20,216 nucleotides of DNA from Fimicolochytrium jonesii (lineage: Eukaryota): contig NW_026515691.1 of the NCBI RefSeq assembly GCF_025526975.1, forward strand, positions 496,001 to 516,216, written 5' to 3'. Position 1 is the stretch's first letter; every line of letters begins with the position of its first letter. The notes beneath the pieces are model-generated. The model saw nothing but the letters and a program-made list of their open reading frames with translations, had not been told where the DNA came from and searched no databases. The translations under genes and the position numbers were made by a program. Shown here piece after piece: positions 1 to 8,859 of the stretch.

Positions 1-59
1 AGGGGGGGGGGGGGGGAGCGGAAATACACTAACTCACCTAAATAGGGCATTGTGTCCAC

Positions 60-333
60 TGTCGGGGAATCTCATCTTCACTTGTATTTCATATTATACC
101 TCTTTACTTCTACTTGATCCGAGACCCGGGCTGGCCACCCGAGCTCTCGGTGATACATTATATAAGGCGCCCAGCCTCACTGAAGCCACGCAAGCCCCAC
201 TGGCAGCCCATATATAAAGCTGTCAGTCGAGCGGCCGCTGCGAAGAGCTTCTTACTTTTTTCTTCACTACAATACACTGCTCTCAGCCCTCTCAGAAGGG
301 CCCAATCTCGTCTACGTTTCCTCTGACGTTACA
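60..333 (+). repeat. 5' LTR of copy A (274 bp, TG...CA)
   Basis: Starts TGTCGGGG and ends GTTACA. It matches the reverse complement of 4341-4614 with about 11 substitutions and 2 single-base indels by eye, and is followed directly by TGGTAGC. Confidence 0.95.
211..219 (+). promoter_or_regulatory. Putative TATA box in the family-1 LTR
   Basis: TATATAAAG is conserved in both LTR copies. A second TATA-like motif at about 159 is not conserved in copy B. Confidence 0.55.
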
Positions 334-341
334 TGGTAGCA
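334..341 (+). promoter_or_regulatory. Primer-binding site, initiator tRNA-Met type
   Basis: TGGTAGC(A) lies immediately after the LTR and is complementary to the conserved 3' end (..GCUACCA) of eukaryotic tRNA-iMet. Confidence 0.8.
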
Positions 342-427
342 ACACCTACCACTAGCATCACCAAGACATTCCTCGTCAACGTTGCCCCTCTACCGGACGT
401 CCCCCTTACACTCGTTCACAAGCAAGA

Positions 428-1765
428 ATGGACGCACAGACTCAAGCTCTTGTTGCGGCTGTCGCAGCTGCTTTCGCTAGTCAGCAGCGTGCTGTTACGC
501 AGGACGACCAACGAGCCAAACGTTTCAAACTTCTTATGGACGCTCGCAAGAACAAGCTCGTCGAATACCATGGCGCCAAAGCTGCCAAACAGATACAAGA
601 GTTCGTTACGTCTCACCACAACTTTCTCGAGTCTCTGAATGTCCCGGCTGTACCAGCTGGAACAGACGGCACTGGAGCTGCCAACGCCATAGCCTTTACT
701 ATGGCAGAGTACGCCCCTACGCTTACTACCTACCTCAAGGGTACTGCTCTCGAGTGGTGCAATACGACTTACGCCGGTGGACCTCCCGCAAATTGGGCAG
801 CTTTTGGAACGGCTCTTGTCGCTCACTTCTATCCTCGCAACTTGCGTAATACTATTGAGCTCAAGCTCTCCGGTCTCAAGCTTGGTGACTCTCTCGAAAA
901 ATACATCAAGGAGTTTCAGGACACCAATAATGAGCTCGAAGCTGCTCATCGTCTTGATAACACTCAAGGCACCATTCCCCTTATCGATCAGATTCGATAC
1001 TTCAAGGCTGGTTTTCTCAAGAATACGGTAATCGGTCATTATCTCGCTGAAGCCGTTACAAACTTCGAAGTCTCGGGCACTACCAATATCAACACCCCTA
1101 TCACTCTCGATCAAGCTATCACTGCAGCTCGTCGTGCTCATGTGGCTCATGGGTTCACTGACGGCAACCAAGCCAATACGCCTCGTCCGATTGCCTCGGC
1201 ATCAAGTGCTCGTGGCGGCCGTGGAGCCAGCCGCGGTCGGGGTAGTCGTGGCGGTGGTCGTGGCGGATGATTCGCCCCTTACACCAATCCTCGAATTACG
1301 GAATTTGAGCAAGACTTAGATGATATGACCTTTGGGCTCAATGCTTTTGGTACGTCATACTATCCCCCTGGAGTGAGTCGTCTCACTACAGGTCAAGTTT
1401 CCTACCAACGTCAGCAGCCCTTTTGTCGACGTGGACAATGGCAAACTACTCACATCCCTCGTCAACGTCCAACAACTCCTTGTCCTCTTTGTAACAAAAT
1501 GGGACATTGGAGGGTTGAATGCTGGTCAAATCCCGAAAATCGACAGCAAGGACTTCAAACCCAGAACCAATGCGGTGGTTTTTGACAGCGCGGTCGTGGC
1601 GCTCAAACTCCGCAGCGCAGTCGCCAACCTAATCAACAACAAGGTTCAGCGAATCAGGTTGATGCTGGGTCACGCATTACGGAAATTCTCGATGACGCCG
1701 TCAACTCTGCGAATACTACAAGTACTACTACAAATCAATCTTCGAGTTTTTTCCAAGGTCGATAG
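428..1765 (+). pseudogene. gag: gag of copy A, with two in-frame TGA stops (1268-1270, 1583-1585)
   Basis: ORFs 428-1270 and 1325-1585 share one frame that continues to TAG at 1763-1765. It has a retrotransposon capsid-like region (ALEW..F..HF..Y..EF), an RGG-rich segment and the zinc knuckle CPLCNKMGHWRVEC. Confidence 0.9.
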
Positions 1766-1791
1766 AGCCCCTCGGTAGCTCTGCTCGGCCT
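1747..1791 (+). promoter_or_regulatory. Putative -1 ribosomal frameshift signal of family 1 (U UUU UUC plus stem-loop)
   Basis: The heptamer T TTT TTC at 1747-1753 is correctly phased in the gag frame, and pol is in the -1 frame. A downstream stem pairs AGGUCGA-UAGAGC with GCUCUG-C-UCGGCCU (1756-1791). Confidence 0.75.
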
Positions 1792-3955
1792 ACAACATAC
1801 GATCCTACAGATAAACCTGCCTTCGAACCACTGTCTGCTGGACTCTGGGTCTCTCATTGTCGCATCGGAAACAAGTTTGCTTGTGTTCTCTTTGATAGCG
1901 GAGCAACTGGGTTATTCCTTGACAAGACATTCGTCAAAAAGCACAAGTTTCCCAAGAAACGTATCGAACCAAAGCAGATATGGCTGGCCGACAAAGAATC
2001 CTACATGATTCTCGATACGGTTGTTTCGGAAAAGTTAGATCTATGGGATCTCGAATCCCAGTCGCTTTTCTTAGTTGGACAACTTCCCTGGCTAGTCAGT
2101 AATCTGGCTTACGACGCTATTATTGGAATGCCTTTCTGGCATTTCTTTAATTACGCTGGACAATTCTCGATGAGTACCTTACCTATCCTTTGCTGGACCA
2201 ATTACGGCCCTATACCAAACGCACCGCAGTCTGTCACCATCAAGTGCGAAAGAACTTCAAGAAACTGGGAAGACGTCGAATACATCCCGAAACACAACAA
2301 CCCTTACTTCGATGTGCAACAAGATCCGGTCTATGATAAAAGACCCGTTCAACCTGTTTGGATCATCAAACCTGTGGATACTTGTCCTCTACAAGCCGCA
2401 CCTCATTATGTATCTCGATTCGCTCAAGCCAATGCCCTTCGTAATCCTCAAGTCATAGAAATGACTTCCAAGCGATTCAATAAGGCTTGGCGACGGAACA
2501 AGTTTGAAAAAGACACGGTCTGTTGCCTTGCTCTTAACGAAATACCGGACGCTCCTCAAGAGCTAAAATGAAATCCGGGACATCTCAAGGATATCCTAAA
2601 TAAATACGTCAATACGCTCTTCAAGGAACCGGAAGGTCTACCCCCTGATCCCACAGAAGATAATTTCAAGATCGAACTCACTGAAGGTGCTGAACCCGTT
2701 TGGCAACCTCTTCGGCACATGAACAAAGAAGAACTCGCTGAACTCAAGAAACAAATCACCTCAATGCTCGAAAAAGGATGGATACAACACTCCTCAAGTC
2801 CCTGGGGAGCTAGTGTCGTCTTTGCGAAAAAGAAAGATGGCGGATTACGCATCTGTTGGGACTACCGAGGTCTCAACGCCGTCACCAAGAAAGATCGCAC
2901 TCCTTTACCCAATATTCGTGAGATGAGGGATCGGATTCAAGGTTGTAAATGGTTTACGCTTATCGACATTCGAGAAGCATACCATCGTCTTCTTATACAA
3001 AAACAAGATCGAGAAAAAACGGCAATACGAACTCGCTTCGGACAGTTCGAGTATTTGGTCATGCCGTTCGGGCTTACCAACGCACCTGCTCCATTTCAAT
3101 GTCTTATGAATAGAATCTTCCATAAAGATTACGACAAATTCCTCGCTACCTACCTGGACAACATTTTTATTTTCTCGAAGACCTTAGCCAAACATCGGGC
3201 ACACGTCGATCGTATCCTGAAGAAACTTGAAGAACATGCCCTTTTCATCAAGCCTTCAAGGTGCGTATGGGCTAAAGAAGAACTCACATGGTGTGGACAT
3301 ATTGTCGGAAGACATGGTGTTCGCATCGCGCCCTCGAAAATCCAAGCTATCAAGGATTGGGTTACTCCAAAGTCAAAAGGAGTTCAAAGCTTCCTCGGGT
3401 TCACAAACTACTTCCTAGACTTTGTACAAGCTTATTTGGACATCGCTCTGCCCTTATCAAGTATTCAATCTTCAAAAGTCAAATTTCGATGGGGTCCTGA
3501 GCAACAAGAGGCACTTCAAAAGTTGAGAGAAGCGTTGATCAATGCGCCTACGCTAGCAACAATCGTTGAAACCAAGCCAATTTCCGTCTACACCGACTCA
3601 TCAGGCTACGCTATCGCTGGCTGGATTGGACAACCTTCTGGTGATGAAACGATCCCTACGAATCTGCCTACTCTTGTCGGACAATGGAAGAAGTTACCTT
3701 GGCTCCGGCCTGGGGTCTTCTTTTCTGGAAAGATGAAGGACGCAGAAACTCGATATCCTACGCACGAACAGGAGCTATTAGCTCTTGTCAGAATGTTGGT
3801 CGCCAATCGACCATATCTCATCGGTCGTTACTTCCGATGTTTTAGCGATCACAAGGGACTCGAATTCATCCAAACGCAACCCCATTTGAGCAGAAGACAA
3901 GCCAATTGGGTGGAGAAGCTACAAGAGTATGATTTTGACATCCAGTATTTACTTG
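1747..3955 (+). pseudogene. pol: pol of copy A (protease-RT-RNase H; integrase missing)
   Basis: One frame contains VLFDSGATG, SSPWGASVVF..DYRGLN, MPFGLTNAP, YLDN (for YxDD), YTDSS and ELLA..SDHK. There is an internal stop at 2569-2571 (GGA in copy B). Confidence 0.93.
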
Positions 3956-4340
3956 CTCCAGTAAAGATGCCACACCACAGGTGCCCCTGGAGCGCCCGGT
4001 GTGATGACATATAGGCTGTGCTGTGCTGTGTGTGCTGTGTGTGCTGTGCAGGGAGGTTAGATTGATATGTTTCAGGTAGGGTGAGGGATGGCGGCGGGGT
4101 GAGGGATTGCTGTTGTTCCCTGGCTTGGAATGGGGGGAAGCGGGGTACACCCCCCATTAAGAGATTGATGTTCATTTAAAATGAACGAGTCGACAGAGCC
4201 ACGTGAGCTGTGGATGCATTTATACATAGACGTTCTCATAGTGCGGAGTTTGGCCTTCTTTCCCTTTTCAACGCAACTCCCTTTTTTCGCTGTGCTGCAT
4301 CGCTTTAGAAACCTCCCTCCCTCCCTACTGTATATGCTTG
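3956..4340. other. 385-bp unrelated low-complexity spacer between copies A and B
   Basis: It has no similarity to either family in this window. It contains a TGTGC/TG microsatellite (about 4015-4049), the palindrome GTTCATTT-A-AAATGAAC (4170-4186) and (CCTC)n. Confidence 0.6.
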
Positions 4341-4614
4341 TGTAACGTCAGAGGAAACATAGACGATATTGGGCCCTTTTGTGAGGGCTGAGAGCAGTGT
4401 ATTGTAAAGAAGAAAAAAGTAAGAAGCTCTTCGCAGCGGCCGCTTGACTGACAGCTTTATATATGGGCTGCCAGTGGGGCTTGCGTGGCTTCAGTGAGCT
4501 TGGCGCCTTATGTAATGTATCACCGAGAGCTCGGGTGGCCAGCCCGGGTCTCGGATCAAGTAGAAGTAAAGAGATATAATATGAATTACAAGTGAAGATG
4601 AGATATCCCCGACA
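4341..4614 (-). repeat. 3' LTR of copy B (274 bp)
   Basis: Reverse complement of 60-333 at roughly 95% identity by eye, preceded on the minus strand by a purine tract. Confidence 0.95.
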
Positions 4615-4622
4615 CCTCCCTC
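4615..4622 (-). promoter_or_regulatory. Polypurine tract of copy B
   Basis: GAGGGAGG directly abuts the TG of the 3' LTR on the minus strand. Confidence 0.8.
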
Positions 4623-4692
4623 AGATCCTGAGGAGGGCGCCGAATAAATAAGAGGTGAACTATGAGGGATATGTGAAGAAAGGAAGAGCTCA

Positions 4693-4744
4693 TGTTCATT
4701 TTAAAGTGTTGACGCACTTGTTCATTTTATAGTGTTGACGCACT
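4693..4744. repeat. Tandem 2 x 26-bp repeat in the 3' UTR of copy B
   Basis: TGTTCATTTTA(A/T)AGTGTTGACGCACT occurs twice with one mismatch. Confidence 0.9.
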
Positions 4745-4927
4745 GTATGATGTGTATGTTTGAGGCAAAGGCGTCCCTAAGCCGACGTCGTGTGTGATGT
4801 GTGTGTGTAAGGTCGGTTCTTGCGTCGCCGCGCGTGATGTGATGTAGTTTACGTCGCTATTGTCAGCGGTGTGATTGATAGTGAGCGGTTCTTGCGGTGT
4901 TGCGCGTGTGATGTGATATGAGATGCT

Positions 4928-7900
4928 CTATGCTGTTCGTCTCCGTATCCACAATGATTGTGGGTGAGATTTTCGTCATCGTTTGTAGGCAGGCGTGTAG
5001 CGAAGTGCGGATTCGGGTTCCAAAGTAGGGTCAGGATAACCGAGCCATTTGACTAGAAGATTTTGTACGGCGCGTCGCTCGTCGATGATTTCTTTTACCA
5101 CCCATTCAGGTTGTCCGCGTTCTTTGATTGGTGGAGGAGGTTGTGGAACTGCACGTTGCGGGTATTGCTCTTCGCGATGTGGTCGTAAACTATCGATGTG
5201 AAAGACGGGCCAGATGCCGCTGATCTTTGATGGTGATAAGTCGAGTTCGTAGGTATCAGGATGTGCTCCCAGTGCGATGATTTTGAATGGTCCGATCCAC
5301 GTAGCTGAGTATCAAAGTCCTCTTCGAGCGTCTACTTCTAGGTTGATTCCTTGTTGATTTAGATCGACGAGGTCGCCAATTTTGTATACAATTGGCGTTA
5401 GACCTTTGTCGTGTTGACGTGCAAATTGATCTTGCGATCTCTGAAGGTTTTTGCGTACGATACGGGCGATATCTTCCTGCCCTTTCTTGAAGAGTTCGAT
5501 TTCGGTTCAATCTACAGCTCAAAGTTTGAGTTCTTGTCCTTCCAGTGTTGGATTCCAACCCGGGAGGATTGGAGAGCGTCCGAGATCTACTTCGAATGGC
5601 GATAAACCTTCATATTCCTCCCTTGGAGCGGTATTGTATGCGAATTCGATTAAAGGCAATAGTTTCTTCCAATTGCTTTTGTTGTAGTTAAGGTATTGCT
5701 TCCAAATCCTTTTCAGGGTTTGGATGGCTCACTCAACTTTGCCGTCAGTTTGCTGATGACGAGCCGTAGCCAATTTGTGTTTTACACCGAGGAGAATATC
5801 AAATGCGAGGAAGCAGTCGGAAAGTGCGCGAGGTTCGCAATCCGTAACAAACACTTTTGGCGTACCGGCATGTTTCCAAACATGATCTAGGAAGACTTGG
5901 GCTAGTTCGCGTCCAGTGATTGTCTTCTTGATCGGTGTGAGAATCACACGTCCGGAAAGGTAATCAATGCAGACAAGACAAGAGTTTGTTTCATCTACTT
6001 TGAAAACGTCAAATCCAATCGTGTGCCATCTTTCAAAAGGTATAGGAAGAGGTCGAAGAAATCCATATCGACAATGACCAGATTTGAATTGTCGACAGGA
6101 TTTGCAAGTTCCAACGTATTTGATGACGTCGGAGCGTACGGTAGGCCAGTGATAGTCCGTAAGAATTCTCGCGAGAGTCTTCTTAACACCGAGATGTCCT
6201 CCGGTGGCAAGTTTGTCATGGAATTTCCACAAAATCTTCGGGCAAATGTCTTCAGGAACGTATAGACGTCCTTCGTGTCGTACTAATCCATTTTCAAACG
6301 TATAACGGAGTTCTTTTGAAGTTTTCTCGTGTTGGGGCTTTCGAGAAATTTCATCAAGATAATCCGAATATGGATCTTTGCGTAGCGCTTTTTTCTATTC
6401 TTCTTCTGAGCAGGTGGGTGAGTTTTGTGGATCGTCTGTCGTAGCATTGGAGGAAGGTTCATTGACAAGCATGTTGCTGATCTGTGTATGCATGTCGAGG
6501 CGTCGTTGACAATCTACACACCAAGGCGCATAGATTGGATTGCGGGAGAGCATGTCAGCGATATGATTCCATCGTCCAAGTAAGTACTGGATGTCAAAAT
6601 CATACTCTTGTAGCTTCTCCACCCAATTGGCTTGTGTTCTGCTCAAATGGGGTTGCGTTTGGATGAATTCGAGTCCCTTGTGATCGCTAAAACATCGGAA
6701 GTAACGACCGATGAGATATGGTCGATTGGCGACCAACATTCTGACAAGAGCTAATAGCTCCTGTTCGTGCATAGGATATCGAGTTTCTGCGTCCTTCATC
6801 TTTCCAGAAAAGAAGACCCCAGGCCGGAGCCAAGATAACTTCTTCCATTGTCCGACAAGAGTAGGCAGATTCGTAGGGATCGTTTCATCACCAGAAGGTT
6901 GTCCAGTCCAATCAGCGATAGCGTAGCCTGATGAGTTGGTATAGACGTAAATCGGTTTAGTTTCGTTGATTGTTGCTAGCGTAGGCGCATTGATCAACGC
7001 TTCTTTCAACTTTTGAAATGCCTCTTGTTGCTCAAGACCCCATCGAAATTTGACTCTCGAAGATTGAATACTTGATAGGGGCAGAGCGATGTCCAAATAA
7101 CCTTGTACAAAGTCTAGGAAGTAGTTTGTGAACCCGAGGAAGCTTTGAACTCCTTTTGACTTTGGAGTAGCCCAATCCTTGATAGCTTGGATTTTCGAGG
7201 GCGCGATGCGAACACCATGTCTTCCGACAATATGTCCACACCATGTGAGTTCTTCTTTAGCCCATACGCACCTTGAAGGCTTGATGAAAAGGGCATGTTC
7301 TTCAAGTTTCTTCAGGATACGATCGACGTGTGCCCGATGTTTGGCTAAGGTCTTCGAGAAAATAAAAATGTTGTCCAGGTAGGTAGCGAGGAATTCGTCG
7401 TAATCTTTATGGAAGATTCTATTCATAAGACATTGAAATGGAGCAGGTGCGTTGGTAAGCCCAAACGGCATGACCAAATACTCGAACTGTCCGAAGCGAG
7501 TTCGTATTGCCGTTTTTTCTCGATCTTGTTTTTGTATAAGAAGACGATGGTATGCTTCTCAAATGTCGATAAGCGTAAACCATTTACAACCTTGAATCCG
7601 ATCCCTCATCTCACGAATATTGGGTAAAGGAGTGCGATCTTTCTTGGTGACGGCGTTGAGACCTCGGTAGTCCCAGTAGATGCGTAATCCGCCATCTTTC
7701 TTTTTCGCAAAGACAACACTAGCTCCCCAGGGACTGGAGGAGTGTTGTATCCATCCTTTTTCGAGCATTGAGGTGATTTGTTTCTTGAGTTCAGCAAGTT
7801 CTTCTTTGTTCATGTGCCGAAAAGGTTGCCAAACGGGTTCAGCACCTTCAGTGAGTTCGATCTTGAAATTATCTTCTCCGCAATCAGGGGTAGACCTTCC

Positions 7901-8252
7901 GGTTCCTTGAAGAGCGTATTGACGTATTTATTTAGGATATCCTTGAGATGTCCTGGATATCCTTTAAGGTCTTGAGGAGTGTCCGGTATTTCGTTAAGAG
8001 CAAGGTGACAGACCGTGTCTTTTTCAAACTTGTTACGTCGCCAAGCCTTATTGAATCGCTTGGAAGTCATTTCTATGACTTGAGGATTGCGAAGGGCATT
8101 GGCTTGAGCGAATCGAGATACGTAATGAGGTGCGGCTTGTAGAGGACGAATATCCACAGGTTTGATGATCCGAACAGGTCGAACGGGTCTTTTGTCATAG
8201 ACTGGATCTTATTTCACATCGAAGTAAGGGTTGTTGTGTTTCGGGATGTATT
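4928..8252 (-). pseudogene. pol: pol of copy B (RT-RNase H-integrase-chromodomain), multiply disrupted
   Basis: A frameshift at about 7888 is followed by one frame with stops at 7559, 6395, 5729, 5519, 5507, 5312 and 4976. It shows the integrase HHCC (HD..GGH..CKSC), D-D-E (GFD, VTD, TDGKVE), GPF motif (WIGPFKI) and a chromodomain EWVVKEIIDERR..LLVKWLGYPD (about 5110-4985). Confidence 0.93.
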
Positions 8253-8330
8253 TGTTATGGACAACGCGCCCATACCATAAGCTTACCTACTGACAGCCGC
8301 CAATGTCAACCGCCAAATGTCAAACGCCAA

Positions 8331-8378
8331 TGTCAATGTCAATGTCAGTGTCAATGTCAGTGTCAATGTCAATGTCAA
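8331..8378. repeat. (TGTCAR)8 hexamer array in U3 of the 5' LTR
   Basis: Eight TGTCAA/TGTCAG units counted directly. Confidence 0.95.
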
Positions 8379-8613
8379 TGCCACTCCCCCTCTCTCCTCT
8401 CATTTTGCCCATCCTCTTGCAATATCACCACTCCTCCTCTCTCCTCTCATTTTGCCAATCCCCCCTCGGCTTCTCCACACCCCCCACTGCTTCCCCATAG
8501 CCAGCAGCTGTAGCAATGCTCTCTACGCTTGCCACGCACGCTCTAGGAGCATAGCTGGCGCCCCCCAGTCCCCTCTTGTTGTTGTTGCTCTCTGATCTGC
8601 TGGGTTGCCTATC

Positions 8614-8621
8614 TATAAATA
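8614..8621 (+). promoter_or_regulatory. TATA box of the element C LTR
   Basis: TATAAATA is present in both LTRs (also at 14148), about 41 nt upstream of the inferred transcript start at 8655. Confidence 0.7.
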
Positions 8622-8792
8622 GCCGGCCTCTCTTCGTCCATTCCCTTCCTCCCCAGCAGATCAACACCAGTTCTTCTCATCTCCTGTTCTAGTCCTTGTT
8701 TCTTGTTTCGCCAATACAATCTCTTGTCGCCTATCACACTCGCCCTGTCTTCTCTACTTCGCTTCCGCCCCCGTCGTCGAGATCATAACAGT

Positions 8793-8802
8793 TTGATCTG
8801 CT
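8793..8802 (+). promoter_or_regulatory. Self-priming type primer-binding site
   Basis: TTGATCTGCT begins 2 nt after the LTR, lacks the TGG of a tRNA PBS and is perfectly complementary to AGCAGATCAA at 8655-8664 within the LTR. Confidence 0.8.
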
Positions 8803-8859
8803 CCAACACTGCGAAGTTCAGAACCTGTCCAGCCCTGCATCCGACAAACCTTTTTCGCC

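Larger units (their letters stand above)
60..3955 (+). mobile_element. Ty3/gypsy LTR retrotransposon, family 1, copy A (3'-truncated at the end of RNase H)
   Basis: LTR, PBS, gag with CCHC knuckle, protease (LFDSGA), RT and RNase H occur in gypsy order. Homology to copy B stops abruptly after 3955 (..DIQYL). Confidence 0.95.
4341..8252 (-). mobile_element. Ty3/gypsy chromovirus, family 1, copy B (5'-truncated at the junction with element C)
   Basis: RT-RNase H is nearly identical to copy A in reverse complement and is followed by integrase, chromodomain, PPT and LTR. The sequence ends exactly at the TG of C's LTR. Confidence 0.95.
8253..8790 (+). repeat. 5' LTR of element C (538 bp)
   Basis: 7-bp terminal inverted repeats TGTTATG...CATAACA; direct repeat of 13762-14323. 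Confidence 0.97.

Noticed and set aside
2..16. G15 homopolymer as a PPT or G-quadruplex element
   Set aside because: It lies more than 40 bp from the LTR, which is a 5' LTR followed by a PBS. It is at the window edge with no context and could be a sequencing artefact.
416..1171. 251-aa antisense ORF over gag of copy A
   Set aside because: It is a shadow of the gag reading frame with no recognisable motif.
55..4340. A and B as two halves of one element rearranged by inversion
   Set aside because: They overlap by 1.68 kb with independent mutations, the LTRs differ by about 5%, and the outer flanks do not form a TSD.
60..4614. Inverted 274-bp repeats as TIRs of a DNA transposon or a DIRS-like element
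   Set aside because: Each repeat has LTR hallmarks (TG..CA with an adjacent PBS or PPT) and belongs to a separate gypsy copy with a DDE integrase. No tyrosine recombinase or transposase is present.
8331..8378. CRISPR-like or telomeric array
   Set aside because: It is a simple hexamer tandem with no spacers, internal to the LTRs, and not a telomere motif.
8303..8595. ORFs with MSMSVS or NVNVSV repeats (also 13812-14137)
   Set aside because: These are translations of the LTR hexamer microsatellite.
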